This document shows positions 31,525 through 40,900 of a stretch of 64,000 nucleotides of DNA, piece after piece (the first letter of the stretch is position 1; each line of letters starts with the position of its first letter). The notes below the pieces were generated by a model. The model was given only the letters and a program-made list of their open reading frames with translations, was not told the origin of the DNA and searched no databases. The translations under genes and the position numbers were made by a program. Source of the stretch: Gammaproteobacteria bacterium (GTDB lineage Bacteria > Pseudomonadota > Gammaproteobacteria > QNFE01); assembly GCA_003645455.1 (NCBI GenBank), contig QNFE01000002.1, forward strand, positions 10,428-74,427, read 5' to 3'.

Positions 31525-32676
31525 ATGGAAACCACAGAAATTTTAGAAATAATAGCAAGAGGTGAAGATGGTAGACACCAATTTAAAGCTAATGTAACCA
31601 ACTCAACTTCTCTATCACAAGAAATGGTAGCTTTCAGCAACTCTGTTGGTGGCATGATAATAATTGGAGTGTCTGATGATGGTTCTATATCTGGCTTGAA
31701 ACGTGAAGATATTGGTAAATTAAGTAATATTGTTTCAAATGCAGCTTCGCAACAGGTCAAACCTCCAATCAATCCAATTACTGAGAATTTTTTCATAAAA
31801 AATGGATTTATTATGGTTGTGCATATTTTACCTGGAATTTCAAAACCATATATGGATAAAGATGGTGTTGTTTGGGTTAAAAGTGGTCCAGACAAACGAA
31901 AAGCTACCTCAAGAGAAGAAATTCAGAGAATGTATCAAGATGCAGGTTTGATTCATGGAGATGAAATTCCTGTTTCGGAAATGACAATTAATGATATTGA
32001 TGAAAAATTATTTGCCAAGTTTTATGAAAAAGAATATGAGGAAAAAATAAACGAGCAAGAATTGCCACTGAAGCAGCTTTTTGATAACCTCAATTTAAGT
32101 AAAAACGGCATAATTAATGTTGCAGGATTGCTTCTTTTTGGAAAAAATAATAAATATCGCTTGCCTGCTTTTGTTGTAAAATGTGTAACTTATCCGAGCT
32201 TTGAGATTGACGAAGATAGTTATTTGGATAGTCAAGATATTTCAGGAGCAATCAAAAGTGTTTTTGATGACACAATGGGATTTGTTTTACGAAATATAAA
32301 AAGAGTGCAAAAAGATAAAAATGTTAATTCATTAGGAGAGTTAGAAATCCCTAAAATTGTTTTTGAAGAGTTGATTGTTAATGCCTTAATTCATAGAGAT
32401 TATTTTATTTCAGCTCCAATAAGAATTTTTATTTTCAGCAATAGAATTGAAATCATAAGTCCTGGAAGTTTATCAAACAATCTGACAATTGAAAATATAA
32501 AAAGTGGCAACTCAAATATCAGAAATCCAATTTTGGCGACATTTGCTACCAAACTATTGCCTTATAGAGGGTTAGGTAATGGTGTTCGCCGGGCATTAAA
32601 AGCTTATGAGAATATTCAATTTTTTCAGGATAAACAAGCCATGCTTTTTACAGCTGTTATATCCTACAAACAATGA
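31525..32676 (+). CDS. AlbA_2/Schlafen-domain plus HATPase-like ATP-binding protein
   Basis: GE....FK, AFSNS.GG.I.IGV.DDG, E.IVNALIHRDY, IEIISPG, RNP. Confidence 0.82.
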   Translation: METTEILEIIARGEDGRHQFKANVTNSTSLSQEMVAFSNSVGGMIIIGVSDDGSISGLKREDIGKLSNIVSNAASQQVKPPINPITENFFIKNGFIMVVHILPGISKPYMDKDGVVWVKSGPDKRKATSREEIQRMYQDAGLIHGDEIPVSEMTINDIDEKLFAKFYEKEYEEKINEQELPLKQLFDNLNLSKNGIINVAGLLLFGKNNKYRLPAFVVKCVTYPSFEIDEDSYLDSQDISGAIKSVFDDTMGFVLRNIKRVQKDKNVNSLGELEIPKIVFEELIVNALIHRDYFISAPIRIFIFSNRIEIISPGSLSNNLTIENIKSGNSNIRNPILATFATKLLPYRGLGNGVRRALKAYENIQFFQDKQAMLFTAVISYKQ

Positions 32677-32686
32677 AATTATAAAA

Positions 32687-32812
32687 ATGATAGAGTTTAA
32701 TTAAAAAGGACAAGATATTTTAAGCATTAATGACAACAATGATTTTTTAAAATATATAGTTGATAGATTGCAAAGAGACAACTATAGAGGCATCCATATA
32801 TCTCAACATAAA
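32687..32812 (+). pseudogene. Possible frameshifted N-terminal remnant of an MboII-like restriction endonuclease
   Basis: Reads YIVDRLQRDNYR, then after one extra G, GIHISQH; the similarity to MboII is recalled, not searched. Confidence 0.4.
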
Positions 32813-32848
32813 ACAACAATCAAAAATATTTATGAATTTGACAAATAA

Positions 32849-33421
32849 ATGAAAAATCCTATTTTTACAATTATTGCAGGAGTTAATGGTTCAGGAAAAA
32901 CCACTTTTGCAGAAGATTATTTTAAAGGCTCTGATACTATTTTTATCAATGCGGATTTAATTGCCACCGGTTTATCAACCAATAATTCGGATATATCACA
33001 ATTTAGAGCTGGCAAAATAATGTTAAGACAAATCGGGAACTCCATTGAGAGAAAAAATAGTTTTGCGATTGAAACTACACTTGCGAGCAAAAATTATTTA
33101 AAAATCATAAAAAAATTAAAAAATGATAATTGGCAGGTTCAAATGTTATATTTATACTTGCCAAGTGTCCACCTCTCAGCTCAAAGGGTTGCCGAGAGAG
33201 TTTTAAATGGAGGACATAATATAAATATTGTTGATATAAAAAGAAGATATGCCAGAAGCATTGACAATCTCATCAATGATTATTTTGCTGTTGTTGAAAA
33301 CATTATTTGTTTTGATAACACAAATAATCGTAGTTTAGTTTTTAGCAAAACACAAGATAAAATAAACATAGGTGATCAAAAATTATACAATAAAATCTTG
33401 GAGTATAAAAATGTTAGATGA
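32849..33421 (+). CDS. Zeta-toxin-like P-loop kinase/ATPase
   Basis: IIAGVNGSGKTT, INAD.IA, FAIETTL, RV..RV..GGH.I. Confidence 0.82.
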   Translation: MKNPIFTIIAGVNGSGKTTFAEDYFKGSDTIFINADLIATGLSTNNSDISQFRAGKIMLRQIGNSIERKNSFAIETTLASKNYLKIIKKLKNDNWQVQMLYLYLPSVHLSAQRVAERVLNGGHNINIVDIKRRYARSIDNLINDYFAVVENIICFDNTNNRSLVFSKTQDKINIGDQKLYNKILEYKNVR

Positions 33422-33584
33422 AAAAGAAGTTTTAAAATCTTTTGACAAAAGTGTCAGTAAAGCCCTTGCTATTAAAAAAGCACTGGGGCATTATGCTGTG
33501 ATATGGGATTATGAAAAAAATAAGGTTGTGCGAATTGAGGCGGATGATTTGCCAGAATATCAATACAAAAATGATAAATCATAA
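33411..33584 (+). CDS. Small protein overlapping the zeta-like gene (candidate antitoxin or partner)
   Basis: 57 aa, overlaps the upstream stop; AL..KKALG.Y.V.W pattern. Confidence 0.6.
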   Translation: MLDEKEVLKSFDKSVSKALAIKKALGHYAVIWDYEKNKVVRIEADDLPEYQYKNDKS

Positions 33585-33666
33585 ATTTAATTTTATTAGA
33601 ATATTAGTTATGGGTTATGCACCAAAACTTCGTGTATCATATTGTGTTGTGCTTGTAAGTTAAATT

Positions 33667-36627
33667 ATGGCTATATTTCAAAAATCAGTTGTCAAGACTT
33701 ATCTTAAAAAACAACAAGAGCAAAATCAGGCCTTGTTAGATAAGGCATATCAAAATTATAAATTAAATTATAACCTGCAAAAACAAGCAACGATAAAAAA
33801 TATGAAAGAGGAAGAATATCAAGATGGATTTTTAAATGATATCTTTGTCAATGTTTTAGGATATACTTTAAAACCCAATCAAAACTATAATTTAGAGCGA
33901 GAGTATAAAAACCAAAACGATAACAAAAAATGCGATGGGGCAATTATCAAAGAGCAAAAAGCTATCGCTATTATTGAACTTAAGTCCACCAAAACAATTG
34001 ATTTAACGAATGTTACCGCCCAAGCTTTTAATTATAAAAACAATCAAGCTGGTTGCAAATATGTCATAACAAGTAATTTTCGCAAACTAAGATTTTATAT
34101 TGATTATGCTGGCGAATATGAAGAATTTGATCTGTTTAATTTAACAGCGAATGATTTTGCTTTTTTTTATTTAATCCTACACAAAGATAATATTTTTGCC
34201 GATTTACCACAAAAATTAAAAGACGACACCAAATTTCACGAAAAAGAAATATCAGACAAACTTTATCAAGACTATTCAGGTTTTAAAAACAAAATATTTG
34301 ACAACCTGCAAGCCAACAACAAAGATATTGATAAACTAACCCTCTTTAAAAAATCACAAAAACTTCTTGATAGATTATTGTTTATTTTCTTTGCCGAGGA
34401 TAGTGGGCTTCTGCCTGAAAATTTAATAAGAACTATAATTGAGAGATATGGAAATTTAAAAAAATTAGATGCTTATAAACCACTATATGATATTTTTAAA
34501 CAATATTTTGTTTATCTAAATCTCGGAGATGAGAATTATCAAATCCCTGCCTATAATGGTGGCTTGTTTGCCCCAGATGAATTATTAGACAACTTAAAAA
34601 TTGATGATGAAATTTTAAAACAAGATAGTTTAAAAATCACAGAATATGATTTTAGCTCTGATGTAGATGTCAATATTTTGGGACATATTTTCGAACACTC
34701 TCTCACCGAGATCGAAAAAATGGAGCAGAATATAACAAGGGGGCATGCCCCCTTGCCAAATACGGTTTCAAAACGCAAAAAAGATGGGGTTTTTTACACC
34801 CCTAAATACATAACTCAATATATCACAGATAATACCATAGGTTTGTTATGCACTGATAAAAAAGAACAGATGCAAATAAGTGATATTGAATTTGATGGTA
34901 GCCATACAGCAAAAAAGGGTTTAAATGCCAAGGGCAAAAAACTATATAACAAATTGGATGATTACAAAAAATGGCTATTTAATTTAAAAATATTAGACCC
35001 TGCCTGTGGATCAGGGGCATTTTTAAACCAAGCCTTGCAGTTTTTAATCACCGAGCATCAGAAAATTGATGATTTAATAATTGAGCTTACCGATGATAGA
35101 CTAAATTTACAAAATACTGACAAAGAAATTTTAGAAAATAATTTATATGGTGTTGATATAAATGAGGAGAGTGTCGAGATAGCAAAGTTATCTTTGTGGC
35201 TTAGAACCGCTAAAAAAGGACGCAAATTATCAAACCTCAATGATAATATTAAATGTGGCAATTCACTTATTGATAAAGAAGGTTTAGGTTACAAAAATAT
35301 CTTTAAATGGGAAGAAGAATTTCCTATCATTATGCAGTCAGGTGGTTTTGATGTAGTTATAGGAAACCCACCTTATGGAGCAAAATTAAGCAAAAAAACC
35401 CAAAAATATTTGCACGAAAAATATATAAAAGGTGGTGGTGAGTCAGTTATTTCATTTTTAAAATTATCGGATATATTATTAAATAACAAAGGAATACAAG
35501 GTTTTATTATTCCAAAATCATTTATTTTTTCTTCAAACTATAAGTCAATCAGAGAATTTTTGAAAGACAATATTTTTGAAATAGTTGATTGTAAAAAAGT
35601 TTGGAAAGAGGTAAAATTAGAGCAAGTAATTATATCTTATAGAAAAAATAAAAAAACAGAGTTTTATTACACTTCCGTTCTTGAATTAGAAGAGGTAAAA
35701 AAAGTAGGAAAAATAACAAAAAATACTTTTGAGACTTATGGATTCTTTTTAAATAACGTGAATAATGAAGAATTAAATATTGCAAATAAATTGACAAAAA
35801 ATAATTTATTTTTAGATGATATTTCAATAAATAGTCGTGGTGGCATTTTTCAAAAACATATAAAAAATGAAGGTGATTTTGAAGTTCTCGGCGGAGCAGA
35901 AATTCAGCGATATGAAATTGTAGGAATAAAAGGAAAAATTAAAAATGAAATTATTAAAAATGAAAAAAAAGCCACCATAAAAGGAAATTCTGTCTTGGTG
36001 CAAAATATTGTGGCACACATTGAAAAGCCGAAGCCTCATATCAAAATAACTGCTTGTGTGCCTAATAATTTTGATTATAAAATCGTAGACACAATCAATC
36101 AAATTACTGTAAATAAGAATTTTTCAAATAAATTTATCTGGATAGTTTTAAATTCTAAATTAATAAATTGGTATTCTTATAGATTTATTTTTGCAAAAGC
36201 CATAAGAACAATGCACTTCGACAGTCCCGTTACTTCAAGACTGCCTGTTAAAAAAATTTCCATAAAAGCCCAACAACCATTCATAAAAAAAGCAGATAAA
36301 ATGCTGGTTTTAAATCAAGAAATGCAAGAAAAATCAAGCAAATTTATCAAAAGAATCGTGGCAAATTTTGCCATAGATAAATTAACGAACAAACTGAAAA
36401 CATTTTATGATTATGATTTTAAAACTTTTATTGACGAGTTAAAAAAGAAAAAAATTATTTTAAAGTTAGATGAACAAGATGAATGGGAGGACTATTTTGA
36501 TAACTACAAAAATCAGATAAATGCCCTGCAAAACCAAATCAGCCAAACTGATGATGAAATAGATAAACTTGTTTATAATCTGTATAATCTTACCGAGGAT
36601 GAGATAAAAATTGTGGAAAATACATAA
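33667..36627 (+). CDS. Type IIG restriction-modification enzyme (fused REase-N6 MTase-TRD, Eco57I-like)
   Basis: CDG...IELK nuclease, YNGGLF, FYTP, ILDPACGSGAF, GNPPY, C-terminal IDKLVY.LY.LT..EI. Confidence 0.92.
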   Translation: MAIFQKSVVKTYLKKQQEQNQALLDKAYQNYKLNYNLQKQATIKNMKEEEYQDGFLNDIFVNVLGYTLKPNQNYNLEREYKNQNDNKKCDGAIIKEQKAIAIIELKSTKTIDLTNVTAQAFNYKNNQAGCKYVITSNFRKLRFYIDYAGEYEEFDLFNLTANDFAFFYLILHKDNIFADLPQKLKDDTKFHEKEISDKLYQDYSGFKNKIFDNLQANNKDIDKLTLFKKSQKLLDRLLFIFFAEDSGLLPENLIRTIIERYGNLKKLDAYKPLYDIFKQYFVYLNLGDENYQIPAYNGGLFAPDELLDNLKIDDEILKQDSLKITEYDFSSDVDVNILGHIFEHSLTEIEKMEQNITRGHAPLPNTVSKRKKDGVFYTPKYITQYITDNTIGLLCTDKKEQMQISDIEFDGSHTAKKGLNAKGKKLYNKLDDYKKWLFNLKILDPACGSGAFLNQALQFLITEHQKIDDLIIELTDDRLNLQNTDKEILENNLYGVDINEESVEIAKLSLWLRTAKKGRKLSNLNDNIKCGNSLIDKEGLGYKNIFKWEEEFPIIMQSGGFDVVIGNPPYGAKLSKKTQKYLHEKYIKGGGESVISFLKLSDILLNNKGIQGFIIPKSFIFSSNYKSIREFLKDNIFEIVDCKKVWKEVKLEQVIISYRKNKKTEFYYTSVLELEEVKKVGKITKNTFETYGFFLNNVNNEELNIANKLTKNNLFLDDISINSRGGIFQKHIKNEGDFEVLGGAEIQRYEIVGIKGKIKNEIIKNEKKATIKGNSVLVQNIVAHIEKPKPHIKITACVPNNFDYKIVDTINQITVNKNFSNKFIWIVLNSKLINWYSYRFIFAKAIRTMHFDSPVTSRLPVKKISIKAQQPFIKKADKMLVLNQEMQEKSSKFIKRIVANFAIDKLTNKLKTFYDYDFKTFIDELKKKKIILKLDEQDEWEDYFDNYKNQINALQNQISQTDDEIDKLVYNLYNLTEDEIKIVENT
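34736..34755. repeat. Perfect 20-bp GC-rich palindrome inside the type IIG gene
   Basis: CAAGGGGGCATGCCCCCTTG, read in frame as TRGHAPL. Confidence 0.75.
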
Positions 36628-36672
36628 CAACCATAACATCAATGCAAAATAATAATGAGGATTTAAAAAACT

Positions 36673-37635
36673 ATGGATAATTATATTACAACTGCTTGTC
36701 AGGTTATAAATAAAGAGGCAGAAGCATTAAAAAACCTATCAGCATCTCTTGATGAGAATTTTACGATCGCTTGTGATGTTATTCTAAAAACCACGAATCG
36801 AGTTATTGTGATGGGCATCGGCAAATCAGGACATATTGCTAACAAAATTGCCAGCACTATGGCAAGCACAGGCACACCTGCATTTTTTATTCACCCTACC
36901 GAAGCGGGACACGGTGATTTAGGGATGATTAAAAAAGATGATGTTTTGTTGTTAATATCAAACTCAGGTGAGACTGCTGAGATTTTAGAGCTAATCCCTG
37001 CTTTGAAAAAATTAGGCTGCAAAATGATAAGCATTACCAAAAATAAAACATCAACATTGGCAAAGAATTCTAACTGTTCTTTGATTGTCGCTGTCAAAGA
37101 TGAGGCTTGCCCTTTAAATCTTGCTCCGACATCAAGCACAACAGCAACTTTGGCGCTCGGAGATGCTCTCGCTGTGGCTTTATTAGAGAAAAAAAGATTT
37201 AATGCTGATGATTTTGCTCTGTCACACCCCGCAGGCTCATTGGGTAAAAAATTACTCTTAAAAGTATCTGATATTATGCATATTCAAGATGAGATTCCAA
37301 AGGTGGATAAAAATGTAACTATTTCAGATGCAATTTTACAAATGAGCGCTAAATCATTAGGTTTTACCGCCATAATTGACGAACAAAACAAAATTATAGG
37401 AATTTTTACAGACGGTGATTTAAGGCGAGTATTAAACCAAGACATAGATATAAAAACTTATAAAATAGCCGATATTCTGTCAAAGAGTTGCACGACTATA
37501 ACATCAGATAAATTAGCAGTTGATGCTCTGCAACTGATGGAACAAAAATCTATCAATGGTTTGCTGGTAGCGGACAATAAAAATAAACTTATCGGTGCTT
37601 TGAATATGCACGATATTTTAAAAGCTGGAATATAA
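36673..37635 (+). CDS. kdsD: Arabinose-5-phosphate isomerase (KpsF/GutQ family)
   Basis: GIGKSGH, EAGHGDLG, APTSSTT, SIS plus CBS domains. Confidence 0.94.
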   Translation: MDNYITTACQVINKEAEALKNLSASLDENFTIACDVILKTTNRVIVMGIGKSGHIANKIASTMASTGTPAFFIHPTEAGHGDLGMIKKDDVLLLISNSGETAEILELIPALKKLGCKMISITKNKTSTLAKNSNCSLIVAVKDEACPLNLAPTSSTTATLALGDALAVALLEKKRFNADDFALSHPAGSLGKKLLLKVSDIMHIQDEIPKVDKNVTISDAILQMSAKSLGFTAIIDEQNKIIGIFTDGDLRRVLNQDIDIKTYKIADILSKSCTTITSDKLAVDALQLMEQKSINGLLVADNKNKLIGALNMHDILKAGI

Positions 37636-37636
37636 T

Positions 37637-37796
37637 GAGATCTTTGCATAAATCAAGCACAATTTATAAAACACATAAAATGCACCTTTTCACAGCAAAA
37701 ATTCGTCAAAGGGAATTACCATATTCCTCATTTTTGCTATGAAAAGGCACTATTTTTTGTATTCTCTAAACAGCACTTAATTTATGCAAAGGTCTC
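37637..37796. mobile_element. MITE, long form (160 bp)
   Basis: GAGATCTTTGCATAA...TTATGCAAAGGTCTC; flanks ATAAT/AAGCA do not match. Confidence 0.88.
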
Positions 37797-37801
37797 AAGC
37801 A

Positions 37802-38332
37802 ATGAAAATAGATAAAAATTATCATAAAATAAAAAAAATAAAATGCCTGTTGTTAGATGTTGATGGAGTCTTAACTGATTCAAAATTATATCTGGATAAT
37901 AATGGTGTTGAGTCCAAAACTTTTAATTCCAAAGATGGTTTAGGACTTCGGATGTTACAAGATAGTGGGATTGAAGTAGGAGTCATTACCGCAAGGAATT
38001 CAAAAATTGTGCAACATAGGGCAGATGAATTGGGTTTTAAATATGTTTATCAAGACCGCAAACAAAAACTACCTGCCTTTGAAGAGTTTCTATCTGATTC
38101 TGGTTTAAAACCAGATGAGATAACTTATGTCGGTGATGATTTGATTGATTTACCGATTTTATCAAGAGTGGGTTTTGCTGTTGCCGTAGCAGATAGCCAT
38201 AAAATTGTCCTCAAAATGGCAGATTACATCACAACTTTAAATGGCGGTTGTGGGGCAGTGCGCGAGGTGTGTGAAAAAATTATGCTAACTCAAAATACTT
38301 TTGCCGAACAACTATCAAAATTTAACCTATGA
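37802..38332 (+). CDS. kdsC: KDO-8-phosphate phosphatase
   Basis: DVDGVLTD, GDDLIDL, GG.GAVRE; follows kdsD. Confidence 0.93.
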   Translation: MKIDKNYHKIKKIKCLLLDVDGVLTDSKLYLDNNGVESKTFNSKDGLGLRMLQDSGIEVGVITARNSKIVQHRADELGFKYVYQDRKQKLPAFEEFLSDSGLKPDEITYVGDDLIDLPILSRVGFAVAVADSHKIVLKMADYITTLNGGCGAVREVCEKIMLTQNTFAEQLSKFNL

Positions 38333-39213
38333 GAGATGACACCCAGATTATAAAAAGCCTGCCCCTTATTCAACAAGGCAAGGTGCGAGATATTTATCAA
38401 ATTGATGATGATAATTTATTGATGATAACCTCTGATAGAATCTCCGCTTTTGATGTTGTCCTGCCAACACCACTACCTAATAAAGGCAGGATTTTAACTT
38501 CTATTGCAAAATTTTGGATGAATAAATTCGCTGATATTGTCCCAAACCATTTAAATCCAAGCTTATCATTAAAAAAAATATTAACCGACAAAAAAGAATA
38601 TGAATATGCCAATGGTCGGGCAATGATAGTTAAAAAATTAAAACCTTTAAAGATTGAGGCAATTGTTCGCGGATATATTATAGGCTCAGGCTGGGAAGAT
38701 TATCAAAAAACAGGAAAAGTCTGCGGGATTGAATTGCAAAAAAATCTAAAATTAGCCCAAAAATTAGAAAAAAATATTTTTACCCCATCAACGAAAGCTG
38801 ATATCGGCGACCATGATCAAAATATATCTTATCAAAAAGCACAAGAGATAATAGGGGCAGACCTTGCAAAAAAAGTCCGTGATATTTCTTTAAAACTATA
38901 CCAAAAGGCAGCCGACTATGCCGATAAAAAAGGTATAACAATAGCCGATACGAAGTTTGAATTCGGTGAGGATGAAAATAATAATTTATATCTAATTGAT
39001 GAGGTTTTAACCCCAGATAGCTCACGATTTTGGGATAAAAATTCTTATCAAATTGGTATATCACCGAAAAGTTTTGACAAACAATTTATCCGTGATTATC
39101 TCTTAAAAATAAAATGGAACAAAACCGCTCCTGCCCCTGAATTACCAACAGATATAGTCAAAAAAACCACGGATAAGTATAAAAGTGCATTGGATAAAAT
39201 AACCGGCACTTGA
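38329..39213 (+). CDS. purC: SAICAR synthase
   Basis: GKVRDIY, DRISAFD, DTKFEFG, DEVLTPDSSRFW. Confidence 0.96.
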   Translation: MRDDTQIIKSLPLIQQGKVRDIYQIDDDNLLMITSDRISAFDVVLPTPLPNKGRILTSIAKFWMNKFADIVPNHLNPSLSLKKILTDKKEYEYANGRAMIVKKLKPLKIEAIVRGYIIGSGWEDYQKTGKVCGIELQKNLKLAQKLEKNIFTPSTKADIGDHDQNISYQKAQEIIGADLAKKVRDISLKLYQKAADYADKKGITIADTKFEFGEDENNNLYLIDEVLTPDSSRFWDKNSYQIGISPKSFDKQFIRDYLLKIKWNKTAPAPELPTDIVKKTTDKYKSALDKITGT

Positions 39214-39237
39214 CTTTGTGCAAAAGTTTTAAATCGC

Positions 39238-40881
39238 TTACCTGTTTATCTTTATGCTTTGATAAAGTGCTTTGTAATATAATTGTTGCATCTTTTTATC
39301 AATATCTGTATTTTTAGGTTTCTGTGTCAATATATCATATACGATATGAGGAAGCTCATAGTGTTTACTGCCTGAAATATTTATAGGTGTTGTGCCATCC
39401 ATCAAGATTGCAACATTTATAAATTTATTATATTTGTATTTAATTGTATTGCTTAATATCGGCGGTATATGGTCGCTGGCAATCAGAATAATTGCATTAG
39501 AATCTATTGATAAAATAGATTTTATATACTGCGATAAAGCATAGGTTCTATAATAAAATTGATTACTTATGTTTGTTGTATTGCTGTTCTTATGATTACT
39601 AATTTTAATAATATCTGGCCTTTTTTGTTTGTTTCTGTGATAAGGCATATGTCCGTAAATACCTAAAACATAGTTAAAAAGTGGTTGGGAGCCGGTAGAT
39701 AAATGTTTTTTGATTTTTTTAAGATTAAGTTTAAATAAATCTCCGTCAAATACATATATATCTCCTGTATTTTTATTAAAATTTTTATCATCCTGCAAAA
39801 ATAAAACCTCATCAAAACCTAAACTTTTATAGGCTACTCTTGAATTAAAATAAGTGGGGGTAGCCCCGATAATTGCCATGCTTTTGTAATTATTTTTATT
39901 AAGATTATCAATAAAAGATTTAATTAATCCACCTTTCATCACATTAAACTCAATTGATTGAATTTTTGATAATGCTTTGATTCCTGTTAAAATTTCAAAC
40001 TCAGCTTGTGCCGTATCACCGCCATATACAGGAGATATTACTTGCGAAAATTCTTTATTTATAAGGTATGGATATAACTTTGGATTTAGCGGATTTTTAT
40101 TAAATTTTATATCAGTTAAATAATTAGGATTGATAAAACTCTCCATAACAACAAAATATATATTTCTATTTTTTTTGATTGGGTTTTTGTAGAGGGCATC
40201 AATAATATTGATTTTATTATTTTGTTGGTTTTGCAGTTTTGATAGATTTGTTTTCTCTAATAATGATAACTGAACAAAACTAAATAACCTGCCATTTTTT
40301 ATTATGGTTGCTTTATCTGCATGAGGGGCAATTATAAATATTTGATCTAATTTTTTATATCCAAAATCAGTTCTAATTATCAATACAAAAACAATTAAAG
40401 ATAAGAATCTTACAAGGATTGAAACATAAAAATATTTTAAATTATCAGCTTTTTTAAATTTTAACAATAAAAACAATATCAATGACAATAAAATTAAGAT
40501 TGATACAATGATGATAAAAAACAATAGTGGAGAAAAATTTAAAATACCATTTATATTGTTAAAATCAGATATTCTTGGCGATCTTGATAAAAAATTATAA
40601 AAAATTTCAACAGATAGGTATAAAAATAGGGTGGGAATAATGGGGATTATATATTTGATATATTTGTTTGTTATTTTATGAAAATATAATAAACTTATCA
40701 AATACAGACTAAAAGGTAATTCAAAAACATATACTGCAAAAGTTGAGCCTGTTTTTAAATCACTCCAAAATTGAGAAATTCCATTATAAAACAACAAAAC
40801 TAACGACACGAACAATAAAAATTTTAAGTAGCCATTAAATACTTTTAAGGGTTTTATTTTTTTTATGTTTTTGTTCTGCAT
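39238..40881 (-). CDS. LTA-synthase/sulfatase-like membrane phosphotransferase
   Basis: N-terminal TM helices, NIYFVVMESF, GGDTAQAEFE, HMPY, SDH. Confidence 0.78.
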   Translation of the reverse strand: MQNKNIKKIKPLKVFNGYLKFLLFVSLVLLFYNGISQFWSDLKTGSTFAVYVFELPFSLYLISLLYFHKITNKYIKYIIPIIPTLFLYLSVEIFYNFLSRSPRISDFNNINGILNFSPLLFFIIIVSILILLSLILFLLLKFKKADNLKYFYVSILVRFLSLIVFVLIIRTDFGYKKLDQIFIIAPHADKATIIKNGRLFSFVQLSLLEKTNLSKLQNQQNNKINIIDALYKNPIKKNRNIYFVVMESFINPNYLTDIKFNKNPLNPKLYPYLINKEFSQVISPVYGGDTAQAEFEILTGIKALSKIQSIEFNVMKGGLIKSFIDNLNKNNYKSMAIIGATPTYFNSRVAYKSLGFDEVLFLQDDKNFNKNTGDIYVFDGDLFKLNLKKIKKHLSTGSQPLFNYVLGIYGHMPYHRNKQKRPDIIKISNHKNSNTTNISNQFYYRTYALSQYIKSILSIDSNAIILIASDHIPPILSNTIKYKYNKFINVAILMDGTTPINISGSKHYELPHIVYDILTQKPKNTDIDKKMQQLYYKALYQSIKINR

Positions 40882-40900
40882 ATCAGAATACGATGCCTCA

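Noticed and set aside
39206-39230. Very eroded MITE-like end at the purC stop (also GAGACCCTCGCATAA at 49259)
   Set aside because: Too short and lacking a partner end or duplication; not counted as copies
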